Positions 29,381-39,682 of a stretch of 64,000 bases of DNA are shown here, in pieces; the first letter of the stretch is position 1, and the number at the start of each line of letters is the position of its first letter. The stretch is taken from positions 8,623 to 72,622 of the forward strand of contig JBAQNM010000004.1 in NCBI GenBank assembly GCA_049303795.1, written 5' to 3'. Origin of the DNA: Candidatus Moraniibacteriota bacterium. Its GTDB lineage: Bacteria > Patescibacteriota > Minisyncoccia > Moranbacterales > UBA2206. Below the pieces are notes generated by a model. The model searched no databases, was not told where the DNA came from, and worked only from the letters and a program-made list of their open reading frames with translations. The translations under genes and the position numbers were made by a program.

Positions 29381-29467
29381 CGGAGAGGCAGGGATTCGAA
29401 CCCTGGAACCCGATTAAAGGTTAACACGTTAGCAGTGTGCCGCTTTCGACCACTCAGCCACCTCTCC
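29381..29467 (-). tRNA. tRNA-Ser (GCT)
   Basis: GGAGAGGTGGCTGAGTGGTCGAAAGC..CTGCTAA.. with a long variable arm, then GGGTTCGAATCCCTG..CCTCTCCG. Confidence 0.85.
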
Positions 29468-29581
29468 AAAAATAACATATAAATACTAACAGCTAGCGCT
29501 AGACTTGTAAACCCTTGAAATATTTTGTTAAATTCAGTTTAATATGTTAATATTATATTAAATTAAATTAACTTCAAAAAA

Positions 29582-30163
29582 ATGTATATTGAAAGAGTTA
29601 AAAAGTCGGACGAAAACGAAAATGAACTGCTTCTTGAAAAAGATTGGGAAAATCCAACGCTCCTAGAAACATCACAAGAAGAATTAATTGAAGAGTATTC
29701 TCGCGACACAATAATGCATTGGGAAGCACCCGAATTTGAAATGCTTGAAAAAAACAAGAAACGCCTAGCCTATGCTGCTTTGATTCTTTTGGGGATAATT
29801 GGCTATGCTTCTTTTACAAATAATCCGATTCCGGCAATCGTTTTTGTGCTTATTGGAATTGTTGCCTATATGAACTCTCAAAAAGCTCCTCGTCATTTAA
29901 ATTTCAGGATAATCCCTGAGGGAATAATTGCCGGTAAAGAATTATATGAATTTGATAATATGCATTCTTTTTGGATCTTTTATGATCCTCAGTATAAAAA
30001 AATAATCAGTCTTCACACTAAAAGCTACCTCTCACCATTCGTTCATATTCCAATTCATAATCAAGATCCTGTAGCAATTCGCAAAATTTTACTCCGCCAT
30101 ATACCAGAAATGAAACAAGATCATAATTTCGCTGAAATAGTGGAAAGGTTTTTTGGAATATAA
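29582..30163 (+). CDS. Hypothetical membrane protein
   Basis: 193 aa with an acidic N-terminus and two TM helices (LAYAALILLGIIGYASF; PIPAIVFVLIGIVAYM). Confidence 0.55.
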   Translation: MYIERVKKSDENENELLLEKDWENPTLLETSQEELIEEYSRDTIMHWEAPEFEMLEKNKKRLAYAALILLGIIGYASFTNNPIPAIVFVLIGIVAYMNSQKAPRHLNFRIIPEGIIAGKELYEFDNMHSFWIFYDPQYKKIISLHTKSYLSPFVHIPIHNQDPVAIRKILLRHIPEMKQDHNFAEIVERFFGI

Positions 30164-30252
30164 ATTAAAAGTCAGTCCTTACGGAAATATATTTAAAAAT
30201 ATTTATTTAGTTGCAAAATCAATTCTTGTATGCTAGAAATACAGAGTTAACT

Positions 30253-30325
30253 GTCTTCGTAGCTCAGTGGATAGAGCGTCTGGTTGCGGTCCAGAAGGTC
30301 GCAGGTTCGATTCCTGCCGAGGACA
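30253..30325 (+). tRNA. tRNA-Arg (GCG)
   Basis: GTCTTCGTAGCTCAGTGGATAGAGCG TCTGG TTGCGGT CCAGA..GGTTCGATTCC..CGAGGACA. Confidence 0.75.
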
Positions 30326-30350
30326 CAAAAAAGTTAATAATTTAAAAAAA

Positions 30351-30434
30351 ATGAATAAAACCAAAAAGCTACTGCTACTGGCGATTCTCGCAATGCTAGC
30401 GCCAAATGTTTGCTTGGCCAAGCTTAATGGATAA
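30351..30434 (+). CDS. 27-aa signal-peptide-like mini-ORF (MNKTKKLLLLAILAMLAPNVCLAKLNG)
   Basis: In frame with the downstream 248-aa ORF but separated from it by a TAA at 30432-30434. Confidence 0.25.
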   Translation: MNKTKKLLLLAILAMLAPNVCLAKLNG

Positions 30435-30452
30435 AATGCAGACAAAGTGAAA

Positions 30453-31193
30453 ATGAATCTCTATTTCAAACGCTCTCCTGTATGGAAAGATTATGTAAAA
30501 GCCCTTGAGCAGAGAACGAATTCTGATGGAGTGCTGGAAGCTGAAAATGTTTTGGAAGGCTGGTATAAAATAAAAATTGACGAAGATGAACAAGAAAGTG
30601 ATCAGAGCATAGCAGTTAAATTAAAGGTGCTTACAATAAAAGGCCAATATGTCGAGAACGCTAAGGTCAAATTATACACAAAAATTGGAGATACAAAATA
30701 TTTTATAAAAGAAGTTGATACTGATGAGGAAGGATACATTGAAAGTGAGGGATTACTTTCTGGTCACGAATACTACATAGAAGTTAACCCGGGAAAATAT
30801 GATCTTAGAAATTTCAATAGAATTATGAACCAACCTCGCATCAAGGTAAAAGCCAAGAAAATTGGAGAAAACAAAGAAGGTGAAAATTGGCTTCAAGGAC
30901 TCTATGCTCAAACTGACGAAAACCAAACCTTGGATGCAGGCAAGATTCAAGAAGGAACCTATAAATTCAGTCTTCGATATGGGGATATTTTACCAAAGGG
31001 ATTTTTCAATGTTAAAGCGCAAGTATTGGATACTGATGCACAGAAAATCAAAAAGCCAACGAAACTTAACTTCTACGCCTACCCTAATAATGTAAAAACT
31101 TTTGCCGGAGAAATGACCACGACTAAAGATGGAAGTATCTTATTACCAAAACTCATACCGAACATGGTATATAGCTTTTCCATTAAAAAATAG
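30453..31193 (+). CDS. Hypothetical acidic protein
   Basis: Start taken at ATG 30453; the track uses GTG 30447. No recognisable domain. Confidence 0.55.
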   Translation: MNLYFKRSPVWKDYVKALEQRTNSDGVLEAENVLEGWYKIKIDEDEQESDQSIAVKLKVLTIKGQYVENAKVKLYTKIGDTKYFIKEVDTDEEGYIESEGLLSGHEYYIEVNPGKYDLRNFNRIMNQPRIKVKAKKIGENKEGENWLQGLYAQTDENQTLDAGKIQEGTYKFSLRYGDILPKGFFNVKAQVLDTDAQKIKKPTKLNFYAYPNNVKTFAGEMTTTKDGSILLPKLIPNMVYSFSIKK

Positions 31194-31220
31194 AAACTTT
31201 TTTAGCCACAAAAAATACTA

Positions 31221-31251
31221 AACCAGCAACCTAATAAGCGCTGGTTTTTTA
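31221..31251 (+). terminator. rho-independent terminator
   Basis: Stem accagc / gctggt followed by a T6 run. Confidence 0.6.
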
Positions 31252-31304
31252 TTGGAATTGAATAGTCTCCTTAATTTTGCTATGCTTAATTTAAGATTAA
31301 TTTT

Positions 31305-33389
31305 ATGCTAAATATAAACCTTCCCCTAACATCAGTTCCCCGCATTACACCAAAATATGCCAAGGCGCTGGAAAAACTTGGGCTTTTGACTATTCGGGAT
31401 TTTTTGCAATATTTCCCTTTTCGCTATGACGATTTTTCTAAAAATATCCAACTATCAGATGAATATATCGGTGAAATTGTAACCATTTGCGGAAAAATAG
31501 TCAGCACAAAACTGAATCGAATTTTCAAACGTAAGCTGACTATCGCTGAAGTTATTTGCGAAGATGAGAATGGCACACTGCTCAAAGCTACTTGGTTCAA
31601 TCAACCTTTCATTATCGAAAATTTAGCCGTTGGCTCTGTAGTTCGTCTTTCTGGCAAGCTTGATTTGAAAGGAAAATATTATACACTCTCCGCTCCTGCT
31701 TGGGAAAAAGCTTCGCGAGAAGAAACTAACACGGGACGACTGGTGCCAATTTATAGCGAAACTCCCGGCATCACCTCCAAATGGATTCGTTGGCAAATGA
31801 AAACATTGATTGATACAGGCAAACAATTGCCAGACTATGTACCAACTGATTTACGTAAAAAATTACATCTTTACTCTCTTTTTTCCGCACTGGGACAAAT
31901 TCACTTTCCTGAAGATTTAGAAAAACTTCAAATCGCCCAAAAAACTTTCGCTTTTCGTGAAATTTTTTTAATGCAATTAAAGTCCTTGCAGGTTAAACAT
32001 GATTGGGAGATTAATCATGCAATAGAATTTAAATTTGATACAAAATTAATTGAAGATTTCACAAACAACCTGCCTTTTTCCTTGACCAATGCTCAAAAAA
32101 AAGCCTCTCTTGAAATTCTATATGATCTGGAAAAAAAATGCCCAATGAATCGTCTGCTCAATGGCGACGTTGGCGCCGGAAAAACAATTGTCGCTGCAAT
32201 TTCCGCACTGGAAGTGATTAGCAAAAAACATCAAGTGGCAATTCTGGCCCCAACAGAAGTATTGGCCAAGCAACATTTTGAAAGTCTTTGCAAGCTGTTC
32301 AAAAAATATAACTTTAAAATTGCGCTAGTAACCGGGTCTTATAAAATTATAAATGCCGAGGAATCCACAAGAAAGAATGTGCTAGAAAAAATCCACTCCG
32401 GCGAAATCAATCTCATTATCGGCACGCACGCCATAATTCAAAAGGATGTTAAGTTTAAAAATTTAGCCCTGGTTATTATCGATGAACAACATCGCTTTGG
32501 AGTGATGCAACGAGCGATGCTTTTGCAAGAAGCAATGGATTTGAAGGATGGGGAAATAAAAACCATTCCTCATCTACTCACAATGACTGCCACACCAATT
32601 CCGCGCACATTGGCCATCGCTTTTTTTGGCAGTCTCGATTTGTCTATTCTCGATGAAATGCCTAAAAACAGAAAATCTATTATCACTAAAATTGTCGTGC
32701 CTGAACAAAGAAATCAAGTTTATAATTTTATGCGTTCTGAAATCACAGCCGGTCGTCAAGTTTTCGTTATTTTTCCACTTGTAAATGAATCAGAAAAATT
32801 AACCGAGGTAAAAGCCGCGACAGCAGAATATAAAAAATTAATTGAAATATTTCCTCAATATAAAATCGGCCTTATGCATGGAAAATTAAAACCCAAAGAC
32901 AAGGAGCAAGTCATGCAAGACTTTAAAGATAAAAAAACTTGGATTCTTGTTTCCACGTCAGTTGTCGAGGTGGGCATTGATATTCCCAACGCCACAATTA
33001 TGATTATTGAAAATGCTGATCGCTTTGGACTGGCGCAATTACACCAATTTCGTGGTCGCGTCGGACGCGGAGAAAATCAATCCTATTGTTTTCTCTTTAC
33101 TGAGTCAACCAATCAGACCTCACTAGAACGATTAATAGCGCTGGAGAAGAGTAATGATGGCTTTGAGCTATCGCAAAAAGATTTAGACTCACGAGGACCA
33201 GGACAACTTCTAGGAAGGGTTCAATCCGGACTTTCGGATATTGCCATGAAAAATTTGAGTAATTTAAAATTAATTAAAATCGCTCGCGCTGAAGCGGAGA
33301 ATATTCTGCGTGCTGATCCGAAATTAAAAAAGCACCCGCTCCTAGCTGATGCTCTTAAGATTTTTTCGGAAAAAATTCATTTGGAATAA
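31305..33389 (+). CDS. recG: ATP-dependent DNA helicase RecG
   Basis: Wedge domain plus helicase motifs GDVGAGKT, DEQHRFGV and QFRGRVGRG. 694 aa. Confidence 0.95.
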   Translation: MLNINLPLTSVPRITPKYAKALEKLGLLTIRDFLQYFPFRYDDFSKNIQLSDEYIGEIVTICGKIVSTKLNRIFKRKLTIAEVICEDENGTLLKATWFNQPFIIENLAVGSVVRLSGKLDLKGKYYTLSAPAWEKASREETNTGRLVPIYSETPGITSKWIRWQMKTLIDTGKQLPDYVPTDLRKKLHLYSLFSALGQIHFPEDLEKLQIAQKTFAFREIFLMQLKSLQVKHDWEINHAIEFKFDTKLIEDFTNNLPFSLTNAQKKASLEILYDLEKKCPMNRLLNGDVGAGKTIVAAISALEVISKKHQVAILAPTEVLAKQHFESLCKLFKKYNFKIALVTGSYKIINAEESTRKNVLEKIHSGEINLIIGTHAIIQKDVKFKNLALVIIDEQHRFGVMQRAMLLQEAMDLKDGEIKTIPHLLTMTATPIPRTLAIAFFGSLDLSILDEMPKNRKSIITKIVVPEQRNQVYNFMRSEITAGRQVFVIFPLVNESEKLTEVKAATAEYKKLIEIFPQYKIGLMHGKLKPKDKEQVMQDFKDKKTWILVSTSVVEVGIDIPNATIMIIENADRFGLAQLHQFRGRVGRGENQSYCFLFTESTNQTSLERLIALEKSNDGFELSQKDLDSRGPGQLLGRVQSGLSDIAMKNLSNLKLIKIARAEAENILRADPKLKKHPLLADALKIFSEKIHLE

Positions 33390-33424
33390 AATAAAAAAGT
33401 CACTTGGCGAAACCATATAGCTTC

Positions 33425-34588
33425 TTATATTTTTGATTTTTTATAATTCGCAATCGCTTCTCGATATAATTCCAACATCCTATTCGCGCAAACCGAACTG
33501 GTAAATTTCATTTTCGCAATTCGAGCAGAAGTCTCACTAAATTTTTCTCGTAAATCTTTGTCATTGATTAATTTCAAAACTGCGTCTTCAAATTCTTGCT
33601 CATTTTCGGAAACTAAAAATCCATTACCCTTATTCAAAACTAAGCTATTTATACCAGTCGCATTTAGTGCAACAATTGGCAGTCTCATATACATCGCCTC
33701 CGTGATAATCATGCCTTGTGTTTCTGATTTTGAGCCATAAACAAAAATATCCGCAGCAGCAAAATAATTCTTAATTTCCTCTCTTTTTACTTCACCACAA
33801 AAAATGACTTTTTCTGAAATATTTTCCTTAGCGCAAAATTCTTTAAGTTTTAACATCAGATATCCGTCACTTACAACTAAAAATTTAACATTTTCTTTTT
33901 TCAAAATATTCTTAACTGACCGAAATACAAACTCAACATTTTTTTCCGAAGTTAGCCGAGACACCATAAGCAGAACTATTTCATCGTCTTTTATATTATA
34001 TTTTTCCCTAATCTTATTCCTATCAGAATCAACAAACTCCTCTTCCAGAACGCCCGATGCAATTGGCACTATATTTTTATTTTTTACTCCCCACTTTCTG
34101 AGTATTGGAATTATTGAATCGGTTGGCACGATAACTACATCCGATTTGTTTGCAAAATCAACCGCTTTTTTGATTATATAATTTGCAGAAATCTTTGGCG
34201 GAATAAATGGCACGAAATTGGTGTATTGGTCATAGAGCGTATGCCAAGTGAAAATCAAGGGAATTTTTTTTCTCCTCGCCCATTTCATTGCCACGCTTCC
34301 CAAAAGATTTGGATGCTGAGCATGAATAACATCGAGATCTAATTTTTTTATCACTCGACGGATTTTCCATGAATAGGGAATCGCCAAAGGAAATCTAAAT
34401 TTAATTTCAATATCAATTGATGGATAGCGAAAAACATTGGAATCACTATCTATGTAACCCTTCCAAAAGGGAGCAAAAATAAAAACCTCATTTCCCTGCT
34501 TTTCCAATCCACTCCGAAATGTTTCGATCGACCGCGTCACGCCATAAGGATTTGGCAAATAATTATTAGTAAAGATTCCGATTTTCAT
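33425..34588 (-). CDS. Glycosyltransferase family 4 (GT-B, group 1)
   Basis: C-terminal E..G...TEAMYMRLPIVALNATG motif typical of GT4 enzymes. Confidence 0.85.
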   Translation of the reverse strand: MKIGIFTNNYLPNPYGVTRSIETFRSGLEKQGNEVFIFAPFWKGYIDSDSNVFRYPSIDIEIKFRFPLAIPYSWKIRRVIKKLDLDVIHAQHPNLLGSVAMKWARRKKIPLIFTWHTLYDQYTNFVPFIPPKISANYIIKKAVDFANKSDVVIVPTDSIIPILRKWGVKNKNIVPIASGVLEEEFVDSDRNKIREKYNIKDDEIVLLMVSRLTSEKNVEFVFRSVKNILKKENVKFLVVSDGYLMLKLKEFCAKENISEKVIFCGEVKREEIKNYFAAADIFVYGSKSETQGMIITEAMYMRLPIVALNATGINSLVLNKGNGFLVSENEQEFEDAVLKLINDKDLREKFSETSARIAKMKFTSSVCANRMLELYREAIANYKKSKI

Positions 34589-35410
34589 TTAATTTTTATT
34601 TATAAAATTCAAAATATCTTGGAATATATGCTCGTTTTTAATATCAGAGATAAAGGTGTGATAAGCGCGATGGATATATCTTTTTTCTTTGACTTTTGAG
34701 CCTATTTTCCTATGAATTTTTTTCAAACTATTTTTTGCAATAATATGATCGCTAGCTGATTGAAGAATATAACAAGGTTGTTTTACTTTTGATAATTCTT
34801 TTCTCGAAATTTTAATAAATTTAAAAGTCTCTAAGGCACTTTTTATCGGATAGACCTGATAAGAAATTAATCTGGTTATAGTAGAAGAAGAACCAAATGT
34901 TGGTGGATAAAACTTTTTATTGTATTTTTTAAATAAATTAATTATTCTAACAACCGGCACAATAATGCTTTCAAATTTTATTTTATACGGCATTGCCATA
35001 AGAACAATACCTGAAATTTTCGGCTTATTCTTGGCAAGCATTACAGCAAGATTTGCACCAATAGATGTTCCCGCCACATAAACTTCTTGATGATTTTTTT
35101 CCAATTCCTCATAAGCTTTTGCAACATCAAAAAGCCATTCTTCCCATTTAACGTTTTCTAGATCCGTTGAAACAGTTCCATGCCCGCGAAGAAGTGGTCC
35201 CATGACCGTATAGCCATTTTCATTTAAGTATTTTCCCAGACGTCTAACTTCATACGGCACAGATGTCCAGCCATGAATAAGTAAAACGGCCTTTCCGTTT
35301 GTACCAGAAAAATAAAAAGGCTCTTTTGATAGGCCCTGCTCTTCTTTATACAGAACTTTCGGATCAGTAAAAAGAACACTCTTAAATTTATGATATATCC
35401 TTTTAACCAT
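34589..35410 (-). CDS. Alpha/beta-hydrolase (esterase/lipase-like)
   Basis: GTSIGANLAV nucleophile elbow (GxSxG). Abuts the glycosyltransferase start. Confidence 0.75.
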   Translation of the reverse strand: MVKRIYHKFKSVLFTDPKVLYKEEQGLSKEPFYFSGTNGKAVLLIHGWTSVPYEVRRLGKYLNENGYTVMGPLLRGHGTVSTDLENVKWEEWLFDVAKAYEELEKNHQEVYVAGTSIGANLAVMLAKNKPKISGIVLMAMPYKIKFESIIVPVVRIINLFKKYNKKFYPPTFGSSSTITRLISYQVYPIKSALETFKFIKISRKELSKVKQPCYILQSASDHIIAKNSLKKIHRKIGSKVKEKRYIHRAYHTFISDIKNEHIFQDILNFINKN

Positions 35411-35451
35411 ATATCATATCTTACTACGAAGAACTTTTTTAGTAAAATCAT

Positions 35452-35486
35452 AAAAAAAGCTTGCATACCCTCCGAGTATACAAGCT
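35452..35486 (-). terminator. rho-independent terminator
   Basis: Hairpin agcttgcata / tatacaagct. On the minus strand it is followed by a U7 run. Downstream of the metallophosphoesterase gene. Confidence 0.55.
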
Positions 35487-35510
35487 ATATAATGCCTAAT
35501 TTTAAGTCTG

Positions 35511-36494
35511 TTATTTATATTTTTCTATCTTAATATTTCCATCATCAAATACTTCTAAAATGAGAAAACCGCCTCCAATTCCGAACATCCCTGTCGGCGC
35601 TGGAATGAGAATTGCTCCCAATTCTTCGATAATTTTGGGAATATTCTTTCGAGAACGAAAATATTTTCCCAATTCCCGAACAATTCGCATGCTTCTTCCA
35701 GAGAAAAACCAAAAAATGATATCTAAAATTATTCGAGGAAAAATCAACCACCAGGTATTGAAAATTTTTATCATGAGTTTGGCAAAAAAGAGATTGACAC
35801 TTGAATGATAATGCCCATACAGAATCTCCTTAATTTTTTCCCGATTTGAACGAATTACATCGAGCAGATTTTTATCCATCAATGAATCGGGATCATGAAT
35901 AAATATAATAACTGGTTCGACAGAATTTTTTATGTCTTGTCGCATCTTTTTCATAAAACTTTTTTTCATCCTCCCGATATTGAAATCCTTGGCCTCTTTT
36001 TCTGTGAATAGATAAGGAACAAAAATAAACTTTAGCCCTTCAGCAACAAAAGAATAATACAACTCCTTCCTCCCGGCCAGACAAAGAAAGTTTCTGATGC
36101 TCGCCCTGGAAATTCCTCCCTGTTCGTCAGTTGACAGTGGTAGAATATAACCGCTTTCGTGATTGCCTAGGTTCAGTTTCAGTTTAGTCCCAAGATCATT
36201 TTCCAGATCAGATAGGACCGTTTTTGCCATCGCCAAGTCTCGTTCAGTTGCCAAGCCACGTTCAGTGGCGCTAGCCTCCATTAAATCACCATTGGAGATT
36301 CCCAGAGAAATACCCTCCTCTCTTATTGTTTTTTTCATTTTTTCGAAAAGTTTTTTTTCTTTGTTTTGCAGAAAAACTGCAAAAAATTGAATTACCATTT
36401 CGATAATATTCCTTTTTTGGGTCAGAAATTTTTCTGCCTTAAAAGGCGCAATATGAAGGTCGGAAAGAAATATCTTCATTTTAGTTTTCATCAT
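35511..36494 (-). CDS. Metallophosphoesterase (calcineurin-like) with a C-terminal membrane segment
   Basis: DLH...GDLME...GNHE motifs. Confidence 0.65.
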   Translation of the reverse strand: MMKTKMKIFLSDLHIAPFKAEKFLTQKRNIIEMVIQFFAVFLQNKEKKLFEKMKKTIREEGISLGISNGDLMEASATERGLATERDLAMAKTVLSDLENDLGTKLKLNLGNHESGYILPLSTDEQGGISRASIRNFLCLAGRKELYYSFVAEGLKFIFVPYLFTEKEAKDFNIGRMKKSFMKKMRQDIKNSVEPVIIFIHDPDSLMDKNLLDVIRSNREKIKEILYGHYHSSVNLFFAKLMIKIFNTWWLIFPRIILDIIFWFFSGRSMRIVRELGKYFRSRKNIPKIIEELGAILIPAPTGMFGIGGGFLILEVFDDGNIKIEKYK

Positions 36495-36641
36495 AAACTC
36501 CCCTCTTTCTTTTAAGTGTTTTATATGAAAAATTCTATTCTCTTGTTAATGACCTAGTGACTTACAATTCTATAACAAAACATGTTAAAAGTCAACCGGT
36601 CATATGCCGGAAAAAAAGATGCTCCTATATTAAAAATATTC

Positions 36642-37328
36642 CTAGCTTTTAAGTTTTTCCTCGTTATTTCCGTTTTTCTCCAAAAGTTTTTTCGATTGAT
36701 AGCTTTTATAAATATTTACCCCGACAAAAGTGGCGATTGCCCCACTAAAAATCACCCAGCCAATCCATTTAATATAAACCTGAATTTCTCGCCAAAGATA
36801 ACCATAAAAATATCCCATTGCCACCAAAAATCCACTCCAAATTATTCCACCCAGAAAAGAATATTTTACAAATTTCTTGAAGTCCATTTTCACAATTCCC
36901 GCGGCTGTGAAAGTTGCCCAACAAAGTCCAGTGGTCGATTTAACTGCAAGTATTGTTTTTCCTCCATGACGTCCAAAATATTTTTCCATTTTCAAAACTA
37001 AGTTTTCCGTGATACCAATATATTTTCCCACTCTTCTTACAAATCCCATTCCATACTTATAGCCTAAACCGTAAAGAATAATATCCCCGCTCATATCGCC
37101 AATTACAGAAAGAATTAACACTACGAAAATATTGAAAGCTCCAAGCGATGCCAGCATTGCTGCAATAATTGTCACCACCGGGCCTTCAATAATCATAAGG
37201 GGAAGCATTATCGCATAACCATAATGTGATAGAAATTGAAAAATTTGTTGTCCTGTCTGATCAAACATACTTTTTTTAAACTTTATTAAGGCTTCGTTAA
37301 TAATATCATAAATACAAAGACAACTCAA
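36642..37328 (-). CDS. DedA/SNARE-associated family membrane protein
   Basis: Conserved DedA core ...GDMSGDIILYGLGYKYG. Confidence 0.85.
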   Translation of the reverse strand: MSCLCIYDIINEALIKFKKSMFDQTGQQIFQFLSHYGYAIMLPLMIIEGPVVTIIAAMLASLGAFNIFVVLILSVIGDMSGDIILYGLGYKYGMGFVRRVGKYIGITENLVLKMEKYFGRHGGKTILAVKSTTGLCWATFTAAGIVKMDFKKFVKYSFLGGIIWSGFLVAMGYFYGYLWREIQVYIKWIGWVIFSGAIATFVGVNIYKSYQSKKLLEKNGNNEEKLKS

Positions 37329-37446
37329 ACATAACTAAAAATTATTCTACTAAATGTAATACTTTTAAAAATAACAAAAAACCAGTACTACGGAATAGCT
37401 AGCTGGCTTTTTATTTTTCTAAAAGATCTTTTACTGTTATTAGCTT

Positions 37447-38460
37447 CTACCAACCCTCAACATTAAAATCAATTGGCTGAATAGTGAAAGCTGCTCCCGA
37501 CATAATAAATTCACTTTTAATTTTATCAGCTTTAGTTCTTAGAGAAGAAAATTCGTCATGCATCTGGGAAAAATAATCCGCCACTATTCCATTCGCTTTT
37601 TCTGTGGCATTAGCAACTGCTTCCCAATTTTTAACATCCGGGGATATTTCTTTTAGTTTTTTCAAATCTTCTTTTTCTAGAGCATTAATAAGCTCTCCAT
37701 ATTGTTCAGATTTAATCTTCAACTCATCGATAGGTTTTTTATAGTCAGCCAAACCATCAGGAGTTTCAAGCGTGTTATAGAGAGCTATTTCTTTATCAAG
37801 AGTATCCTTTAGAGCTTTAAAATAACCAATCAACCCCTCAAGACTCTCAGGTACAGTCTTAAATTTATTACTAAAAGCTTCGTCTTCCTTAATAAGCGCT
37901 ACAGTTATTTTTGCGTCATCAAGAATAAATTTTGTATAAGTATCATATTTTCTTGTTATTTTTTCCGCATCAGTGAAATAACTCTTAACTAAATAATTTA
38001 GAGCATCAACTTTTGCATTACTCTTTATCTGTGATGCGTCTTGCTGCATTTTAGAGATATTAACAGCCACTTCTCCTGATTTTGTTTTTTCCACATTGAA
38101 CTTTTCCACCACTAAATCTTTATTTTCTTCACTGTCGTATTTTTTAATAAGATCTGTTTCTGTTGAAAGTCCATTAATTGCATTGACGGAATCACTAAAT
38201 ATTCTTCGCTCATCCTGAATATATATTTTCGCCTGCTTTTCTTCCGCTTTTTTATTCCAATATGCATAGCCAGCAAAAGCGCCGCCGCCGATCAAAATCA
38301 AAAGGATGCAACCAATAATTATTTTCCATAAAATACCTCCTTTATTTTTAAGTACTTTATCATGAGAATACCCACACTTTTTGCAGAAAGAATTCTGCGT
38401 TGAGTTCAGTTCGCCACAACTTGGACATTGCCACGTTTGATCATCCATTTTTTCATTCAT
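37447..38460 (-). CDS. Zinc-ribbon / single-pass membrane protein with an extracytoplasmic helical domain
   Basis: N-terminal WQCPSCG...CKKCG zinc ribbon, then a TM helix (ILWKIIIGCILLILIGGGAFAGYAYW), then a K/E-rich helical region. Confidence 0.6.
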   Translation of the reverse strand: MNEKMDDQTWQCPSCGELNSTQNSFCKKCGYSHDKVLKNKGGILWKIIIGCILLILIGGGAFAGYAYWNKKAEEKQAKIYIQDERRIFSDSVNAINGLSTETDLIKKYDSEENKDLVVEKFNVEKTKSGEVAVNISKMQQDASQIKSNAKVDALNYLVKSYFTDAEKITRKYDTYTKFILDDAKITVALIKEDEAFSNKFKTVPESLEGLIGYFKALKDTLDKEIALYNTLETPDGLADYKKPIDELKIKSEQYGELINALEKEDLKKLKEISPDVKNWEAVANATEKANGIVADYFSQMHDEFSSLRTKADKIKSEFIMSGAAFTIQPIDFNVEGW

Positions 38461-38485
38461 TTTTTTGTTTTTATTTATTATTAAA

Positions 38486-39682
38486 TTATTTTTTATTTAT
38501 TATAGGCAGAATTCCTTCCGATCTAGCACCAGTAACTCGAACTAAATTATAGGCGACTGGTGTTTTTTTATCCTGGATTAATTTCCAATTCTTAGTTGCG
38601 ATTTCAACAGCCTTTATCGGAGAGCCACTAAGGGCAGTAGATTCGATGAAAATAAATTTATCGCTATTATATCCCAACTCAATCCCAGGCCAAACATGAT
38701 TATCTGTAAAAACTAGCACCGGATCAAAACCAAGATTCTCAAGCGCTGCTGTCATGAGTAGTGATAGGTCTATGCAAATACCACTTTTTGTAGAAATGAC
38801 CTGAGCAGGATCTCTTAGCTTTTGCATTTCTAATCCGTTATAGCTAAATGGTGATGCAATATATCGTATCTCATAATCAACACTCATCGCCTTAAAAATA
38901 GCTTCCACTTGAGCTTTTGCACCTTTTTCATCGCCAGCCATATATCCAAGCATTGCGTCTTTGGGACCACCAAATTCAGCTACATATTTCGCTGCAGCAT
39001 GGACAAGCTCAACAACAGATGGATCATCCTTATCAACTAATTTCAACACGTTTTGGGTATTATTCTTGCCATTTTTTTTCCAAATTATTTCATGAATTGA
39101 ATTGAAAAAAATATCACTTTCATTGCTAAGCAAAACTTTTTCACCAGTGGAATTTATTTGAAAAACTACTATTTTTAGCTTAGTCGATTGGGCTGCCTGA
39201 CTCAATTTTCCATATCCAGCATTCGAAAAAGAAGCACCCAGATCAAGCTGTTTAGTTTCCGGTTGAATGGAAACAGTTTCAATTTTTTTATCAGTAATAC
39301 CCTCTGCTTCCAATTCTATTCTCAATTGGGTATTTTGTTGACTGGAAACTCTTAGCGTACCTAGAATATTTTTATCATCTGCAATAAGAGGCATTGTTTT
39401 ATTTACAGGACTCCATTCTAAACCGACAGCTGATTGCTGATTAATGAATGCGTCTAATTCATTTTGCTTTCTTTCAATTTCTCTATTGCTACGATAAAAA
39501 CTCCAGCTGATAATTATTGCCGATACTATTAAAATAAAAAGAACGATGGAAATATTTCTTTTTGATTTAAAGAAAAAAATAATTCTATTTGTGAACTTCT
39601 CATCTTGAAGTCCGCTTCCGCAGGATGGACAATGTTTCCATTGAAAAATATCAACTTCCTTGCCACATTGATTACAGTTCAT
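38486..39682 (-). CDS. Zinc-ribbon membrane protein with a C-terminal transglutaminase-like cysteine-protease domain
   Basis: N-terminal CNQCG...CPSCG zinc ribbon and a TM helix. C-terminal SGICIDLSLLMTAALENLGF...NHVW matches a transglutaminase-like Cys/His core. Confidence 0.65.
   Translation of the reverse strand: MNCNQCGKEVDIFQWKHCPSCGSGLQDEKFTNRIIFFFKSKRNISIVLFILIVSAIIISWSFYRSNREIERKQNELDAFINQQSAVGLEWSPVNKTMPLIADDKNILGTLRVSSQQNTQLRIELEAEGITDKKIETVSIQPETKQLDLGASFSNAGYGKLSQAAQSTKLKIVVFQINSTGEKVLLSNESDIFFNSIHEIIWKKNGKNNTQNVLKLVDKDDPSVVELVHAAAKYVAEFGGPKDAMLGYMAGDEKGAKAQVEAIFKAMSVDYEIRYIASPFSYNGLEMQKLRDPAQVISTKSGICIDLSLLMTAALENLGFDPVLVFTDNHVWPGIELGYNSDKFIFIESTALSGSPIKAVEIATKNWKLIQDKKTPVAYNLVRVTGARSEGILPIINKK

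Noticed and set aside
29160-29482. Two ORF-track ORFs (72 aa on the minus strand, 69 aa on the plus strand)
   Set aside because: They overlap tRNA-Ser genes and the structured tRNA-like element. Their translations are low-complexity read-through of RNA genes.
36600-36640. ccgg-tcatatg-ccgg hairpin followed by an A7 run
   Set aside because: On either strand the U-run does not follow the hairpin in the transcribed direction, so it is not a convincing intrinsic terminator.
36582-37001. 139-aa plus-strand ORF
   Set aside because: Antisense overlap with the well-supported DedA gene.
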